A stretch of 50,816 nt of DNA from Chromera velia (GCA_018398765.1 JAHBMJ010000308.1:1-50816); one strand, 5' to 3'. Shown: positions 22,619-36,204, counted from the stretch's first letter. Numbers and translations are program-made. Notes: a model not told the origin generated them from the letters alone.

Positions 22619-24849
22619 ATGGCCGACCCTCCATCCACCGGGACTGTGCTCCATGGACACGAGGCGGTACAGCCCGTGGCTGGAGAAATGGGGGCGGCAC
22701 CTGAACCCTTGAGCCCGCTCTCAGCTGCGATGGGCAGAGTTCGTTCCACCTTTCCACCCCGAGCAGGCAGCTCTTCCGGTTGGAACCAGGTGGGCTTTCT
22801 GTTCAACAGCGTGGGACCCTCCCCAGTGGTAAAGGGGCCCTCAGACTGGAGCGAGATTGTTCGTCACGTCACGAAAAACGACGGCCTTCCGCAGACGATT
22901 ATGCGCTGTGGAGGACTGCCCTCTTTCGAATTCCCCCCGCTTCCCTCCCTACCCCCCCACCTCTCCCCACTCCGGTCCCCCGCCAATGGTGCGCTGATAG
23001 CGAGTGCAGCATTCTCGCCCTCGCGCCACCACCAGATCGCAGCAGCCAGTCACCAGCTCCACAGGTCTCGGCGTGCCGCAGGAGCAGGGGGCGGGGACGC
23101 GAGACGCTATCGAGACGAGGGTTCCGATGGGGGGTCGGGGTCGGACAGCAGTGAGCCTCTCGCACATGCTCCTGAGGGGGGGAGGGGGAGAGATGGAGGC
23201 AATTCTGATTCCTCGGATGAATACCTTCCCCTCCATGAAAGAAAGAAAGGGGGGGCAAGTGGAAGGACAGGAGGAGTAGGAGCACTCCCTCCGTATCCCC
23301 ACGTAGCCGCAGCAGCTGCAATGAGAGGGGTGCCTGCAGGTAGGGCCCCGCCAAACGCTCCAGGAAGAGATAGAGGGGTTGCGGCCAAGCCGAAGCAACC
23401 AAAGTAGGTGCTCTCATTTGTTTCTCTCTCTCGTCTCTCTGTCTCTGCGTATGTGTCTCTCTGTCTGCCTTCACGCCTACGTGGGTTGATTTCCACTGTG
23501 TTGGTGCACCGCCGTGTATTTGTGTGTCGGTCTGTGTGTGTGTGCGTGTATAGGAAGGATCATGTGTTATGGATCATTTCTTTTTGGATCAACAGATCTG
23601 TGAGTAAGAAGACGGTCCGTTTTTCTCCCCTTTTCCATACGCGGTGTGTGCAGTCTCTCCTTTTCTTCTTTCTTGTGCCGCTTCGGCGCTTCAATTTTTT
23701 AAAAAATAAGTTCTCATCGTCTGTTTGCAGCGCCTCGATGAGACAGATGCCCCCACGGGGTCCGGATGGGCACTTCGTCCGAGTGGGCTCTGGGGTTGGG
23801 GGGGGAGAGCCTTCCCCTTCGACGCAGAATTCTTTCGACGGTCAGAACCTTGGCTTTGGTTTCGGGACTGAGGCAGAGGGAGGTCAAAGCTCTAAGAGAG
23901 CCCGGGGGAGGTCCAGGAAGCTGATGCAGGCAAACGGTCTGTCGGGCAGTACTGATTCGTTTTCCCTTCCTGCTGGGGGGGTGCCGTCTCCGACCGGTGT
24001 TTCCTTTCCACCCATGCCGCCGGGTCTCGAGAGAGATTCTCCTGCTGCGTTAGGGGAGAGGGGCGGCTACGTAGAGGCGCCCCCTGTGGTAGCGGTGGAA
24101 CGGCCGAAGAGCCTTGTGTTTCTTCGTCAGATTGATGCGTCTTCTTCATCTTCTTCTTCAAGTTCGAAAGAGAAAGAGGAAGGTGAAGAGGTTGAGAAGT
24201 GGGTGGTTGATTTTGACCGAGATCTCGCAGCCGAAATAGAAAAGTCGCAAAAGGATGAGAGACGGCAACTTTTTAGAGTCGTCTTGCCGAGTCAAGGAGG
24301 TACGGGAGCTTGGAGTTTTCTGTTGGGGGGCCCGAAAAGATTACGAGAGCGGACGTCGGATAATTGGGAAAGGGAGGAGATGCTAGCAGCGCGACAGAAG
24401 GGAGGGGGCACTTTCAGGATGACTATTTCCGCAGTTGGTCAGTCAGTCTTGCAAGTGTTTTTCATCGGATCATGCCCGAAGGCTTGTATGCGTACTGAGC
24501 GAGTTTGTATGGCTCGAAAGGGAACTGTTATTGGGTGCATGGAAAGAGGTCTCTCTGGAATTCTTCTCTTCTCTGTGCCTGATGCAAAATTTTCTTTCTT
24601 TCTTTCTCTTCCGTTTTCTCGGTCTTTCTTTCTCTGCAGCGCTTTTTTTGTCAAGCATTGTTGTTCCACTATAAACATTCCCTCTGAGGCAACGAAGCGT
24701 TCGCACAATTAATTTCATGAAAAACGTCGTCGTCCTGCTGCTTGGATTTCCGTCTCTGCATGCGCTTTCGTCTCCTCTCCTCCGTCCGACTGTGTACAAT
24801 TGCAATGTGTTAATGACAAGCATTAAGGACCGTCTCCCTCTGTGCATGT

Positions 24850-24893
<44 letters not shown>

Positions 24894-27800
24894 TCTCTCT
24901 CTTTCAGCCCCTGCCCAGGTTGCGACGATCGAGCAGAGGCTTCAGGACGCCAACGAGTCTGACTTGGAGTCCGTTGGCGGCTCTCCTCCGCCCCTGTCCC
25001 TTCTCTCTGGTTTCTCTTCGGATGGCGGCTCTGTCGGCCTGGAAGAAGAGGGAGAGGGGGAGGGAGAGGAGAAAGAAGAGGAACAGCCTGCAGAGACAGC
25101 AGAAGGTGGTGTGAGTTCCGCCGCCGTGTGGGGGAAGGGCAAAGGGAAGGGGAAGGTGTCCCTCCTTCCTCCGAAACCACAAACACAAACAGAGTCTGTC
25201 GCCCAGAGGGCCCAAGAAACCCCGGCAGCTTCTTCTTCTTCTTCTTCAGGTTCTAGTTCGTCTCAGTTGGTGAGTCTGGCGAAAAAGAAGCAGACAGAAG
25301 TAGCCACAGTCTCTTCTGTTGAGGTAGTGCCTGAAGAGAAGGCAGTTCTGGCGCCTCGACGCGAAGATTCGGGGTCACAAGAGGATGAAGAGGAAGAGGA
25401 GAAAGAAGGGGGCTCTGAGGCACAGAAAGCTGAAGGAGTGGGAGAAGACACCGCAGCATTAGGTGAGGAAAGCGTGTCTTTTCCACTTCGTTCCCCATTT
25501 TCCGTCTTTGTGTCTCTTTGCTTTTCACTTTGCCCCTCTGACATTGCCATTTCCCTACGTGTCCCCGTTCCCTCCCGTCGTCTTCATGTGAGTTGTCCAT
25601 CGACGTATGCTCTTCGTTTGCTTTCATCGGAATGCTTTCCCCTCAGTGTTGTTTTCTCGATCGTCTTTTTCTCTCTCTCAAGTTGGTGTGGACAGATGCA
25701 CGGTGCACTCGCCAAGTGAAAAGATACTCGTTTCCCTCCCCCCCCCCTGTGCTCTCTGGTCTCTCTTCTTTCAGACGAGGGGCATGTACAGGAGAAAGAC
25801 ACGGGGAGAGAGGGGGCGGAGGAGGAGTCGGCAGAGGTTGCGGTTGAAGAGGAAGAGGAAGATCAAGAGAAGGAGGCTGAGGTTGAAGTTGAGAGGAGGG
25901 AGATTGGAGAGAGTCTAGAGAAGCAGGTAGAGGAGGAAGAGGAGGAGGACGAAGAGGATGCGATGCCTCTGTCAAACAGGGCAAGGCCGGTGGCCGCACC
26001 TCAGGCAGTAGAGACGGTAACAACCCCCTTAGACAAAGAAAAACGAGGAGGCAAGTCTGTGGTATCAGGGGAACGGGCAAAGGAGTTGGAGAGACAAGGG
26101 AAGAAAGACAAAGCTTCTGTTGGAGAAGAGAAGAAGAAAGAGAAAGAAAGAGATGACGCTGAACCTCGCCATGCAGGAGAAGAGGAAGAGGTTGAGGGGG
26201 AAACGGAAGGGGAGAAAGAGGAGCAAAAAGAAGGAAAAGACCAGAAAAAAGAAGACGAACAGGGAAAGAAGGAGAAAAAGCCAGGCACCAAACAGCAACC
26301 CCCCCCTGTGAAGCAGAGGCGCACTGCAGAAGAAATTGCACTGGAAGAAGCAGTCAAGTTCGCTGTCGATTCTGGTTCCGTCAGACGGAGTGCCAGATTC
26401 AACTCGGCTACTGAGTCCATCTCCCTTCTCCCTCTACCCCCCACCAGGAAAACTGCTGTGAAAGGTGAACAAAAGGAGAAACCCACATCGCCCAAGAATA
26501 ACTCATCCAAACCCCCTCCTGCGACAAAATCAAAACAGAAATCCAAAGCAAAGGGAAAGGCCCGACCGTCTGCCGAGGAAGAGCAAGAAGAGGAGGGAGG
26601 GGAACCGGAAGAGGAGGAGAAGGAAAAACTCCAAGCTGAAGACGAAGCTTCGAAAACAGCACCACCTGCATCGAAGCCCTCTCGGTCAAAGCAGGCCTCT
26701 GCAGACCGAAAGCGCAGTGCCGAAAACGCTGCTGCAGCTAAGGGAGCTGAGACAGAGCCAATGGACCTTGTAGGAGATGAACAGAAAGAGAAAGAGAAGG
26801 AGAGTTTGATGGTTCCCGACCACAGTGGTCTTGAGCCGATATCTCCGTCTCCAACCTCTGATGAGGAAGAGGAGCAGGATGAGGAGGAGGAAGAAGCTGA
26901 GGAGAAAGAGAAGGACGTTGGGGAGAAGAAAGAAGATGAGGGAGATGGTACAGTTGCGTCGCGATTGAGGAGACGAAAATCGGAGGAGGCACAGAAAGCC
27001 GAAGCAGTGGAGACGGCTGCGTCCCCCCCCGCGTTGGAATTTGGTTCTGAAGACGAGAAAGAGAAAACTTCGGAGAGAGACGAGGAGGAAGAGGACCAAG
27101 AAGAAGAGGAAGAGAAGTCGAAAAAGAAAAAGAAGAAGAAAAAGGCGAAAGAAGTTGAGGAGGAGGAAGACGAGGAAGAAGAAGAAGAGAAAGAGAAATC
27201 AAAGAAGAAAAAGAAGAAGCGGAAGGAGAAGGAAAAAAGGAAGAGAAAGCAAAAAAAGAAGAGAGTTCAAGAGGAAGAGGAAAATGAGGACGAAAAAAAA
27301 GCAGAAGGATCAGAAGAAGGATCAGATTTTGAGTTGGGTGAAGGTCAGACTACAGAGAAAGAGAAAAGATCAAAAGTACGAGAAAAGAAGAGAGCGAAGA
27401 AAAGAGACAGGGAAAGGGAAGGGGGGGAAGAAAATGAAGATGCGGAGTCGGAGGAGGAGGGAGGTCCTCCGAAAAAGAAAAAGAAAGAGACGCTTGTGGA
27501 CAAAGAGACGGAACGAAAGAAGGAAAAGAGAAGACGAGAAAGAGAGACAGCAGAGGACAATGGAGAGATACCGCCGAGGAGACGGAGACTTCGGCGCAGT
27601 CCCTCTGACAGTTCATCTGACGGCGACGAGGAGGAAGAGGGAGAGGCCCAAGCAGCCCACCGCCACTCAGCCACTTCAGCCGAGACTGCCCATAAGAGCC
27701 AAAAGGTTGCTGAGAGAGAGAAAGAAGAAGTCCGAATGTCCCGGAGACGGGAGTGGCTCTGGCAGGCGTCTCATCAAATGGAGAAACCGGAAATCGTTGA

Positions 27801-28720
27801 GCTCTTGAATCGGAGGTTCGTTTGTAAGGAAATTTTGTTTATGTTTTCATGATTTCTGTCCTGGGCATGAAGTGACAATCGGAGGCTCGTTTGGTTTGTG
27901 AGTGTCTGCGTGATGCCTGCGTTCGCGTCCCTTTTCTTCTCTTTCTTTTTGTAGCTCTTTAGTGTCTTTTCTTCTTGTGATTTCTATTTCTGTCGTTTCT
28001 TGGCCGTTTTCCTGTCATTCTTGTTGTCTTGTTTCTCTCTTGGTATCTGGGGACGAGACGTGCAGGCAGGCAGGCAGGCAGGCAGGCATGAGAAGAAAGT
28101 GCAAAGACTCTCCACTTGTGGTCCTCTCCACTTGTGGTCCTCCTCCCTTCTGTTCTTTTTCCTCCTCCCTTTGTATGTCTCTCTCTGTCTTGCCGTCTCT
28201 TCCTCCGTTCCCTTCGTCTCTCTCTGTGCGTGTGCGCGCAGCATCGTGGAGCTCTATCAGAGATTCCAGCAGTGGCCCCAGGTGCTCTCTCGGTTTCGTG
28301 AGGTAGGCCTCAGAGAGAGAGGGAGAGGGAAGACGGGGGTCTTCTGTGGCTTTTTTTGCTTTTCTTTTCTTTTGTTCCGTGCAGATGGGTTGGAAGTGAA
28401 GCCGTCCATTCCTGTCTTGTCGTTCTTCTGCTATCTCTGTATCGAAACAAATGCTCTGTGGTCTCTCCTTGCCGTCATACCCCAATCCAATGCCTTGAAG
28501 CGTGGATGATCTGCGTCTGTTGTCTTTTCTCTTCTCCTGAAGCGTGGATGATCTGCGTCTGTTGTCTTTTCTCTTCTCCTGACCGCCAACAAGCAAAACA
28601 ATTATGGATCTGCCCCTCTCTCTTTGTCGCCCTTCCGTCTTTGGATGTGCTCACACAAGCTAAATGGACGGGTCTGATAGAGGCTGCGTGACTGTACGTG
28701 TATCTCTCTCTCCCTCTCTT

Positions 28721-28755
<35 letters not shown>

Positions 28756-31700
28756 ATGTATGTGTGTGCCTCTGTGTGTTCAAGCAGGACCCCACGAGTG
28801 CCGACTGCGACGCCCTCCTTGAAAATTTGTTCGTTTCCATCGCCCTCCTGGACGCTACAGACTCCGATGACGTCCGTCTCTCCCTCTCTCTGATGTGTGT
28901 GTGTGTGTGTGCGCGCGCGCGCCGCGCGCACTTCCTGCACTCCTTCCTGCTGTTCCTCATCCGCATTCGGGAGCTCCTTCCTCTCTGTTCTCTTCTTTTT
29001 GATCTTCCTGTGAAAAGCTCAGCAAGGAGTTTTGCAATCCGTTGTTTTTCTTCCGGATCCTGCCAGGGAGGGCAGCTCTGGAGTGGCACAGATGTCAACG
29101 TTTTGTTTCAAAAAATGTGTTCGGACTCCTGAAATGATCTTTAACGGGATGCTATCGAGGAGGCAAACTCTTTAGACCTGCCTTGTGTGTTTCTTCTTTT
29201 GTTATTTTGTTGTAAATTCGCGTTGGTTGTGCAGAGGCCCGAGATGAAGGAGTACGTGAGGAGCACTTCTTTCTTCCTGCCCCACAGGTGCTATGAGGCA
29301 CACCAGGCCTGTCTGCAGCGGCACCGCCGTTTTGCAGCGTTCGGGTGGTCAGTATTATCTGTTCCGATTGCATGGCTGTCTGGCCACTCTCCATCTTCAT
29401 AGGCAGGAAGCAGGGAAAGAAAGAGACGAGAAAGCGTTTTTCACTGCATCTTCTTTCGTAGTGATGATAAATGGTCCACGTCACTTTTCCCCCTGCCGGT
29501 GTAGTGCCTGCGTGACCGGACAAGCAGAAGAAATCATCTCGGTATCTCATCTTCTTTTGTTGATGATGAGTGACTTTAACTATCCAATGAAAGACGGCCA
29601 AGCAGTACATATTAACACTGGGAGGCTGACGGACTGAGCGCGATTCCTCCAGAAAGGTCGTCTCGCAAAGCGTTTCTCTGCGCGCGCTTGCCATTCTTTG
29701 CCTCCTTCGCCTGCAACCTGCCTGTCCCCTCTTTTTCCAGTCTGCATGAGAATCAATTCTGGCACAAACAAACGTCTGCTTCCCCCCTGTCTCCTTCCCT
29801 TCATCCTTGCTGCAGTCTGCTTGTAGGCATGGTGTTTCTCTCCAAGTTGCAGAAGAGCAAAGCATTCCAGGCGGTGGGTGGGTCACTTGACGTTTCAGCA
29901 GAAATTTCTAATAGAGCAAAGGGGGGCACGCCCAGCGTGTCTCAGTGAAAGACTCGCCTTGTCTGTCTGCATCGGTGGCGAAGAAGTGCTGCCCTGACTC
30001 TCGGAGAGACGGAGAAATTGAATGAAACAAATGTGTTCTCACAACTTTTGTCTTTTCTTCTGTTCTGCATTCTCCTTCAATCACGTGATCCCGGTCTCTG
30101 TTTCGCACTTCTGCCTCCCTCCCTTCCTGCCTGCCTGCCTGCGGTGTTCTTGTTCTCTCTGCATGTCCCCTTGTTCGTTCAGGACTTGAGACAACGGCAC
30201 GCGCTGTCCGTCAAAATGGAGAGCGACTACCAACGCCTGGTGCGGGTCAGTGGGGGGAAAGCCGGGGGAGAATGAAATGGAATCCAGAAGCAGAGCAGAG
30301 TTGGTTTGTTTGTACCAGGAAGAAGGCACGAGGGCACGTGAGTGGGTGTGCAGGACGGGTCAGAAGATGGAGGTGTGGTCGGGTAGATCGAGGAAATGAA
30401 GTGTGACGCGTTCTGACGTTTGTGTAGGGCGGCGGGTTGAAAAAAGAAATGCAATATTGGACAGGAGATGGAATAAATGTTGGGGGAAAATTTTCATGTT
30501 CATTTTGTTTGTGCGTCTTTCCTTCCTTTCGTGTGTATGCAGAGCAATCAGCAAGCACACGTCTACAAGTCAGTTGTTGGTGATTAGAACCAGCTTCGGC
30601 CTGATTTTTTTCCTTGAGATCGTTTTGCTTTCCATCTTGTCGTTGACTTCGTTTCGTCCCCGTGGTTTTGTTTTTTTCTCTTCACTTGTTTTCTTTGTAT
30701 TTTAGTCCTCATCTCTTTTCACGTCTCGTTTGTCCTCTCGGCGTGTGTGTATCAGAAATTTTCCCCTCTCTGTCCTTATCCTTGGTTTTTCCCTTGTCTG
30801 TCTCTTTGTTTGTTTTCTTGCAGTGGGCAGGACATGACCGAGATCAAGCGCGTGCTCTCGTCTCTCAAGATGGCGGCCTATCAGCACCTGATGGTGTGCC
30901 GATTCTTCCACGTGAGTCCGGGGAGTCCCTAGCTTCGGAAGAAGAGTAGCACACACAGATCGACGAAAAGTTTAAATGTTGTTTCCCTTCCCTTCATGCG
31001 CATGTGCATGTTCGGTTCTTCTATTCCCTTCCTTTTTCTGCTCATCTTTTCGTCCATGTCCCTTCATTGTTCGCTGACCTGTCTCGTCTCCCCACATCTT
31101 TCTTTCTTTCTTTCTTTCTTTCTTTGAATGACTTGTTGCAGGAGAGACAGCGTCTTGTTGCAGACCTTATGTTGACCCCCCTGCCCTCCATGCTCTGGAA
31201 GGACAGAAAAGGGGACCGAGCTAACTCAGGAGGGACAGAGGGCAAAGACGGGGAGGTCTCCGCTGAGAAGGGGGAGGAAACGAAGGCGGAGGCTCCTGCT
31301 GCTACAGCTGCGGCGGCAGTTGCGGCGCCACCGGCCCCTCCCGGGAAGGAGGAGCGCCGCCGCCTGTTCCAGCACCGTCTCCGTCCAAGTCAACGGGATG
31401 CAAAGATCTTCTTTCCCTCCAAGGCCCACGTCCCAACGACTCCGCTGCCTTCTGAGGTCCTCGCAGAGGCATTGCGAAATGGGGGGCTGCAGTCTCTCCT
31501 GACGCTAGAGGCGCAGGTCGGTCCAAGTCGTTGCCTGCCTGGCTCTTGCAAGTCTCCTCGCATTCGTTTCTTCTTTTCTCCAGAGTCATTCAGAGCCTCT
31601 GCTTACGTCTGTCTTCTTCTCTTCCTCTATCTGCCTGTCTCTAGGCATGCGTGTTCGGGGTGTGGAGAAAATTCGAAAGCGGCAGTCGGAGATTTCAATA

Positions 31701-32742
31701 TGCGCACGGCCCCCTCAGCATTTGCACGCCTCTCTTTTCTCTTGTTCTCAACGATGGCTCTTCTCTCTCTGCACGTTCATTCAATGCGTAGTATTGATCT
31801 TCCTTCCTTATCTTGCCGTCCCGCTTCGGGGTGAGCTCACTGGGGTGTTTGTTGTCTTACCCGTATCCACTTCGGATGCGTGTGCCTGCAGCTGATGAGT
31901 CACCCAACGAGGAACTACATCGCAGTGATCAGAGACCTCCTGGCTGTGGATAAGTTCCTTCACAGGCTGAACAGACACAAAGGAGGAGAGTCTGGGCGCG
32001 AGAGACAGAAGGAAAGGGAGAGGGAAAAGGCATCACGAGGGACTGAGAAGGAGAAGAGCTCCAGGAAATCGAAAAAGCACTCCAGCAAGGAACGCAGTGG
32101 TGGCACTCTTGAAACTGCAGAGAGAGAGAGAGGCTTCAGCGAGACAGCAGGCGTTCTTCCCTCCCCTCCTTCCGCCTTCCTGCCGCCTCTAGCGTCAATC
32201 TCGGCCCCGGAGGCTGGTCTTCCCATCTTGGCGGTCACCAAGGCCAAGCCGGGGGCAGGGGAATTGGGTGGGTATTCCTCTGAATCGGCCACAGTGGTGG
32301 AGACCACAGTGCCCCCGCCTGCCGCGTCTGCCTCTTCCTCCTCCTCGTCCTCAGTCCAACCACAACAACTCCCAACCAACGCACAGCCTCCAGCAACAGC
32401 ACAACCCAGAGCGGGCCACCTGTCTGTACCCCCAACGAGTGTCGGACTGACGCACGCTTCCCTCGCAGGTCAGCCGAAACCCTACCCATGTGGAGAAATG
32501 GGTGAGTCTGAAAAATCACCTGCAGCGGGGAAAAGCAATTCAGACAGAACAGGTTTATTTGATTTGAAAGATTTTGCGTAATGGCAAATCCCTTTGTCAC
32601 TGTATCAAAAAGTTCGAACCGCGAGAGTGCCCTCATTTCCTCTCCTGAAGCAGTACGTTTGTTTGATCACTCTCTCGCTTGCGGACCGGACTGCGCGCTG
32701 CCCTCTGTTGAGTTTCATGAAAATCGCGGGTCCTTCCTCAAC

Positions 32743-32779
<37 letters not shown>

Positions 32780-33844
32780 CTTCTATCCGTAGAACTTTTG
32801 CCAGAAAGGATAAAGAGAGAAAAAAAAAGTCATACAGTCTGTCCGCAAGCTGAGGAAGAAGAGATGCAAAGACAATATCTTCTGCACATCCGAATTTCTT
32901 TTGCAGCCGGTGCCCCCCTTGCCAGCGGTGTGAAGGTGAAGCTGACAAGGAAGAGACCCCCGCAGGGCCCCAGTCCTGGCGCAGTGTCGGGGTCCGCACG
33001 TCCGCACCCGTCTCCATCGGGAAGCAGCAGCAGTTGGGGGAACTTCAGAGGCCCTCGGGGGGACCGGGAGAGGGAACGAGAGAGGGATCCGAGACTTGGT
33101 GGTGGTGGTGGTGGGGTGTTCAGAGACAGGGACCGCCATTTGTTAAGTCCAGGGGGTGTGCGGTCGGGTGGTGGTCGTGAGCGGCCGGACCGAGACCGAG
33201 AGAGGGATGGGCGGCCCACCTCTGCCTCTCGTGCTGCGTCTGTAGCCTCAGGTGGGGGTGCCGTCAGAGAGGGGGCAGCAGAGGGGGGGATGGGGGTGTT
33301 GGCGTCTCCTGCGAGGCCCCGGGGGGGACCGGGGTCCTCCGACCCGCCGCCCCAAGGGCAGGCACCTCAAGCGGCTGCAGGACCAACTCAGTACATGTGG
33401 CGAGAGCGTGAGATCTCTGCACGTTCTCCTACTCCGGGTCGTCCGAGAGAGAGGGAGAGAGAATGGGATCCGAGAGGGAGGGATCGAGAGCGAGAGAGAG
33501 ACGGCAGGAGAGAGCCACAGAGAGATCGGAATGGGAGGCCTTTCCCCTTTCCTCCTGATCCTTCTGCCGCAGGTGGGAGGGAGAGGGAACGAGGGAGGGA
33601 CGACAGAGACCGAAGAGACCGGGAAAGGGAAAGGGACCCCGGCAACAGGGCCCCGGCACGAACAGACAGGGAGAGGTCCCTCACAGTGCCAGGTACCGGG
33701 GGCTCCTCACGAGCTCCATCAGCCCAGGGGGGGCAGACACAAGCTGGTGCGTCTGTTTCCCGCACTGGCTCCGACTCCCGATCGGTATCAGTCGCTCCTT
33801 CCAACGTCAGGAAGCCGCCGCCCCCTCCCCCTCCAAGTCGGTAG
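22619..33844 (+). CDS. Large (~2150 aa) probably nuclear protein of unknown function; E/K-rich and R/D/E-rich low-complexity regions around a helical core; ~13 exons
   Basis: Phase-compatible exons 22619-23403, 23731-24437, 24908-25462, 25775-27815, 28242-28302, 28788-28871, 29235-29347, 29816-29873, 30183-30245, 30831-30911, 31142-31516, 31892-32501, 32907-33844. Many basic NLS-like runs (PPKKKKK). No family recognised. Small internal exon boundaries are less certain. Confidence 0.7.
28496..28582. repeat. Perfect 42-bp intronic tandem duplication
   Basis: TGAAGCGTGGATGATCTGCGTCTGTTGTCTTTTCTCTTCTCC x2. Confidence 0.95.
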
Positions 33845-34058
33845 CTGGCAGGAGAACCATGAGGCCCATCTCCAGCGTTTGAGTAGTTTTTAGGACGTGC
33901 AATCCAAGATGATACATGCAATCAATGTTGTGACATGTAAATATTAAAATTTGAAACACATTTTTATACTTGTATCTATAGATGCTAGTATAGGTATGTA
34001 ATACTAGATGTAATAAAAAAGTAAAATAAAAAAAACATCGTTAATTTTGCTGTTAGTT

Positions 34059-34060
<2 letters not shown>

Positions 34061-34097
<37 letters not shown>

Positions 34098-34114
34098 ATG
34101 TTCCGCCCTAGGGC
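34061..34114 (-). mobile_element. Second copy of the GCCCTAGGGCGGAACATA-(TCAA)n terminus
   Basis: Reverse complement is identical to 1375-1416 over the 18-bp unique part plus the tail. Confidence 0.5.
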
Positions 34115-34342
34115 AGTTGCTCTGCACTACAGTAGTATGTAGGCTCAGGCTGCTCAGCAATTAGGACTAGAATTAAGATTAAGATTTAATAGGATTTATG
34201 TTTGGTCCCGGTGGTACGTCCACAGTCCAGAAGATTGGCCTCCTTCCCATATCATGCGGAAAGAGAAAGGCCCGCGGAAGGCCTCTCTCCCATCAACGCA
34301 CTCCCCCCCCCCCCNCTATCACTGAAGGACGTCCAGTCTACG

Positions 34343-34587
34343 GTCCAGAGCGAATTGCATTACATTCACTCATTCAATCTGTCATACAGATTTCTTTTAA
34401 GAAGATGACTGACGAACGTCTAGAGCAAATCATATCATATTCACTCATTCAATCTGTTATATAGATTTCTTTCAATAAGATGACTGACGGACGTCCAGAG
34501 CGAATCGCATCACATTCACTCATTGTAATATAGATTTTTTTTCAATAAGATGACTGACGGACATCCAGAGCGAATCGCATCACATTC
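34343..34587. repeat. Minisatellite, ~3.3 copies of a 70-75 bp unit
   Basis: Units start at 34343, 34418, 34493, 34563. Confidence 0.9.
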
Positions 34588-34761
34588 GAGGGCGCCCTCG
34601 GGTCATGCGCCAGGGAGGACAGGAACGTGTACGAGTGCTGTGCCTGACGAATATTCACCTGACCGAGGGACTCCAAGGCAAAACGGCAACAAACAATGCA
34701 TTCAGAAGCAGCGCATGTGAGCGTTTACAGGTAGACATCTACAAAAAATAGATGAAACGCC

Positions 34762-34765
34762 TGTA

Positions 34766-34800
<35 letters not shown>

Positions 34801-34805
34801 GTGTA

Positions 34806-34836
<31 letters not shown>

Positions 34837-34845
34837 GTATGTGTA

Positions 34846-34880
<35 letters not shown>

Positions 34881-34945
34881 GTGTGTGTATGTGTGTGTGT
34901 ATGTATGTGTGTGTGTGTGTGTGTGTGTGTAGGTGTGTGTGTGTG
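34762..34945. repeat. Compound (TG)n/(TATGTG)n microsatellite
   Basis: Direct reading of the sequence. Confidence 0.97.
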
Positions 34946-35170
34946 GGAGATGCAAGCGGAGCGAGCGGCTCTGTAACTGTTAGACTTACAGAAGATGGTA
35001 TAGGTCTGTACGCAGGCTGTAGAATTTTCATACCCAGAACCGCTGTGGTGTCTCTTGACGACTCTACATCGCGTCCAGCAGCTATCAGAACACTGGGAAG
35101 CGAGACTAGATCCATCATTTTTGCTTACTGCAGCTGGGTGTTGTCATGCTTGTGCTTCAAACTGGGGTCG

Positions 35171-36204
35171 ATGGGGGCAAGGAGGCATTTCTCGCCCCGA
35201 GTGGCGGCCTCTCGGTGGGCAGCGACTCAGGGAGTGGCAGCAACTTGGGGAGCCGCGAGAAGGTGCAGTGGGGGGCAGGAGGAAGTCGGGAAGGCAGGTT
35301 TGAAGTGGACGCTGAAGGCTTCAGACTGGTCTGGTCTCTGCTTGAACGTGAGCGTCTGCAACGAACACATTGGGTCGAGGCCTGCTTCAACGCTTCATGA
35401 GGAGTGCAACCACGAGCTCACGGATCAGGATTTTGGAAGGAGAGGGCAGGTACATTTGGACGAGCAGAGACTCGAGATGTTCAGGAGACAGGTCCGCCCT
35501 TTCGCTGTCGTGAAGCTTGCCTTCCCAGCCCTTGGTGCCCTTCCTGCTCTCCACAATTCCTGTGCTCACTCGCCTAAGCCGTTTCTCTCCCTTTCCATCC
35601 ATCTGTCTTCCCCAGCCCAAGGTCAAAGACCTCCCTGCTCTTTGCAGTTCTTTTCTGCTCCTTGCCCTTTGTTGCCTACCCGCCTCGAACCCTTTCTGTG
35701 CGTTGAGTCCTGTCTTCCCATCGCCACCGTTTCTTGCCTCCGCCTGTCGCTTTGTCAGGTCCTTCATGACCGTGTTCACCCTCCCAGGTCCCTTCCTACC
35801 CTTCACAGCTCCCCTGCTTCTGCCTTCACCAACTCTAGCCTCGCTGTCTCTGCGTTGGATTTTTTTGTTGCTTTTTTTTTACATTTTTTTTTTCCTCCGA
35901 GTCGAGGTGTCGTCCTAGAGGGGATTCTCTCTTCTCATTCAGCCTCGCTGTCTCTCTCTGGCTATGCGTCTGTCCGTCAGTCTGCGTTTTCTGTCGTGCT
36001 GTCCTTTTCTCATCTCTATTCCCTTTCATGTGTATGTCCACGGCACTGCGTTGGTCTTCTCTTAAATCCCAGCTTCTTTTTCTTTTCCTTTTTTCAGGCT
36101 CTTTGCAGGTCCCTGCGGGCGCCTCGAGAGGAGCTTCAAGGGTAGCAAGGTCGCCGAGTCGAGCCTGGGGCCTGAGGGTGCAGCCCAAGAGCTTCTTCAA
36201 GTGG
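35171..36204 (+). pseudogene. Possible degenerate coding fragments
   Basis: GC-rich exon-like block ending at a donor (CAG|GTCCGC ~35491), a pyrimidine-rich intron, a strong acceptor at 36098 and a donor at ~36205. I could not build a convincing continuous protein. Confidence 0.25.

Noticed and set aside
1375..34114. Giant 33-kb transposon bounded by the inverted GCCCTAGGGC...(TCAA)n motifs
   Set aside because: No target-site duplication outside the motifs, no transposase, and the interior is ordinary host genes. Two independent insertions are simpler.
34343..34587. Hammerhead ribozyme/retrozyme in the 75-bp repeat (CTGACGG...GAAT)
   Set aside because: Core deviates from CUGANGA/GAAA and I could not form stems II and III.
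34769..36145. 458-aa ORF
   Set aside because: Begins in a (TG)n microsatellite and runs through pyrimidine-rich intron-like DNA; open because of low stop density.
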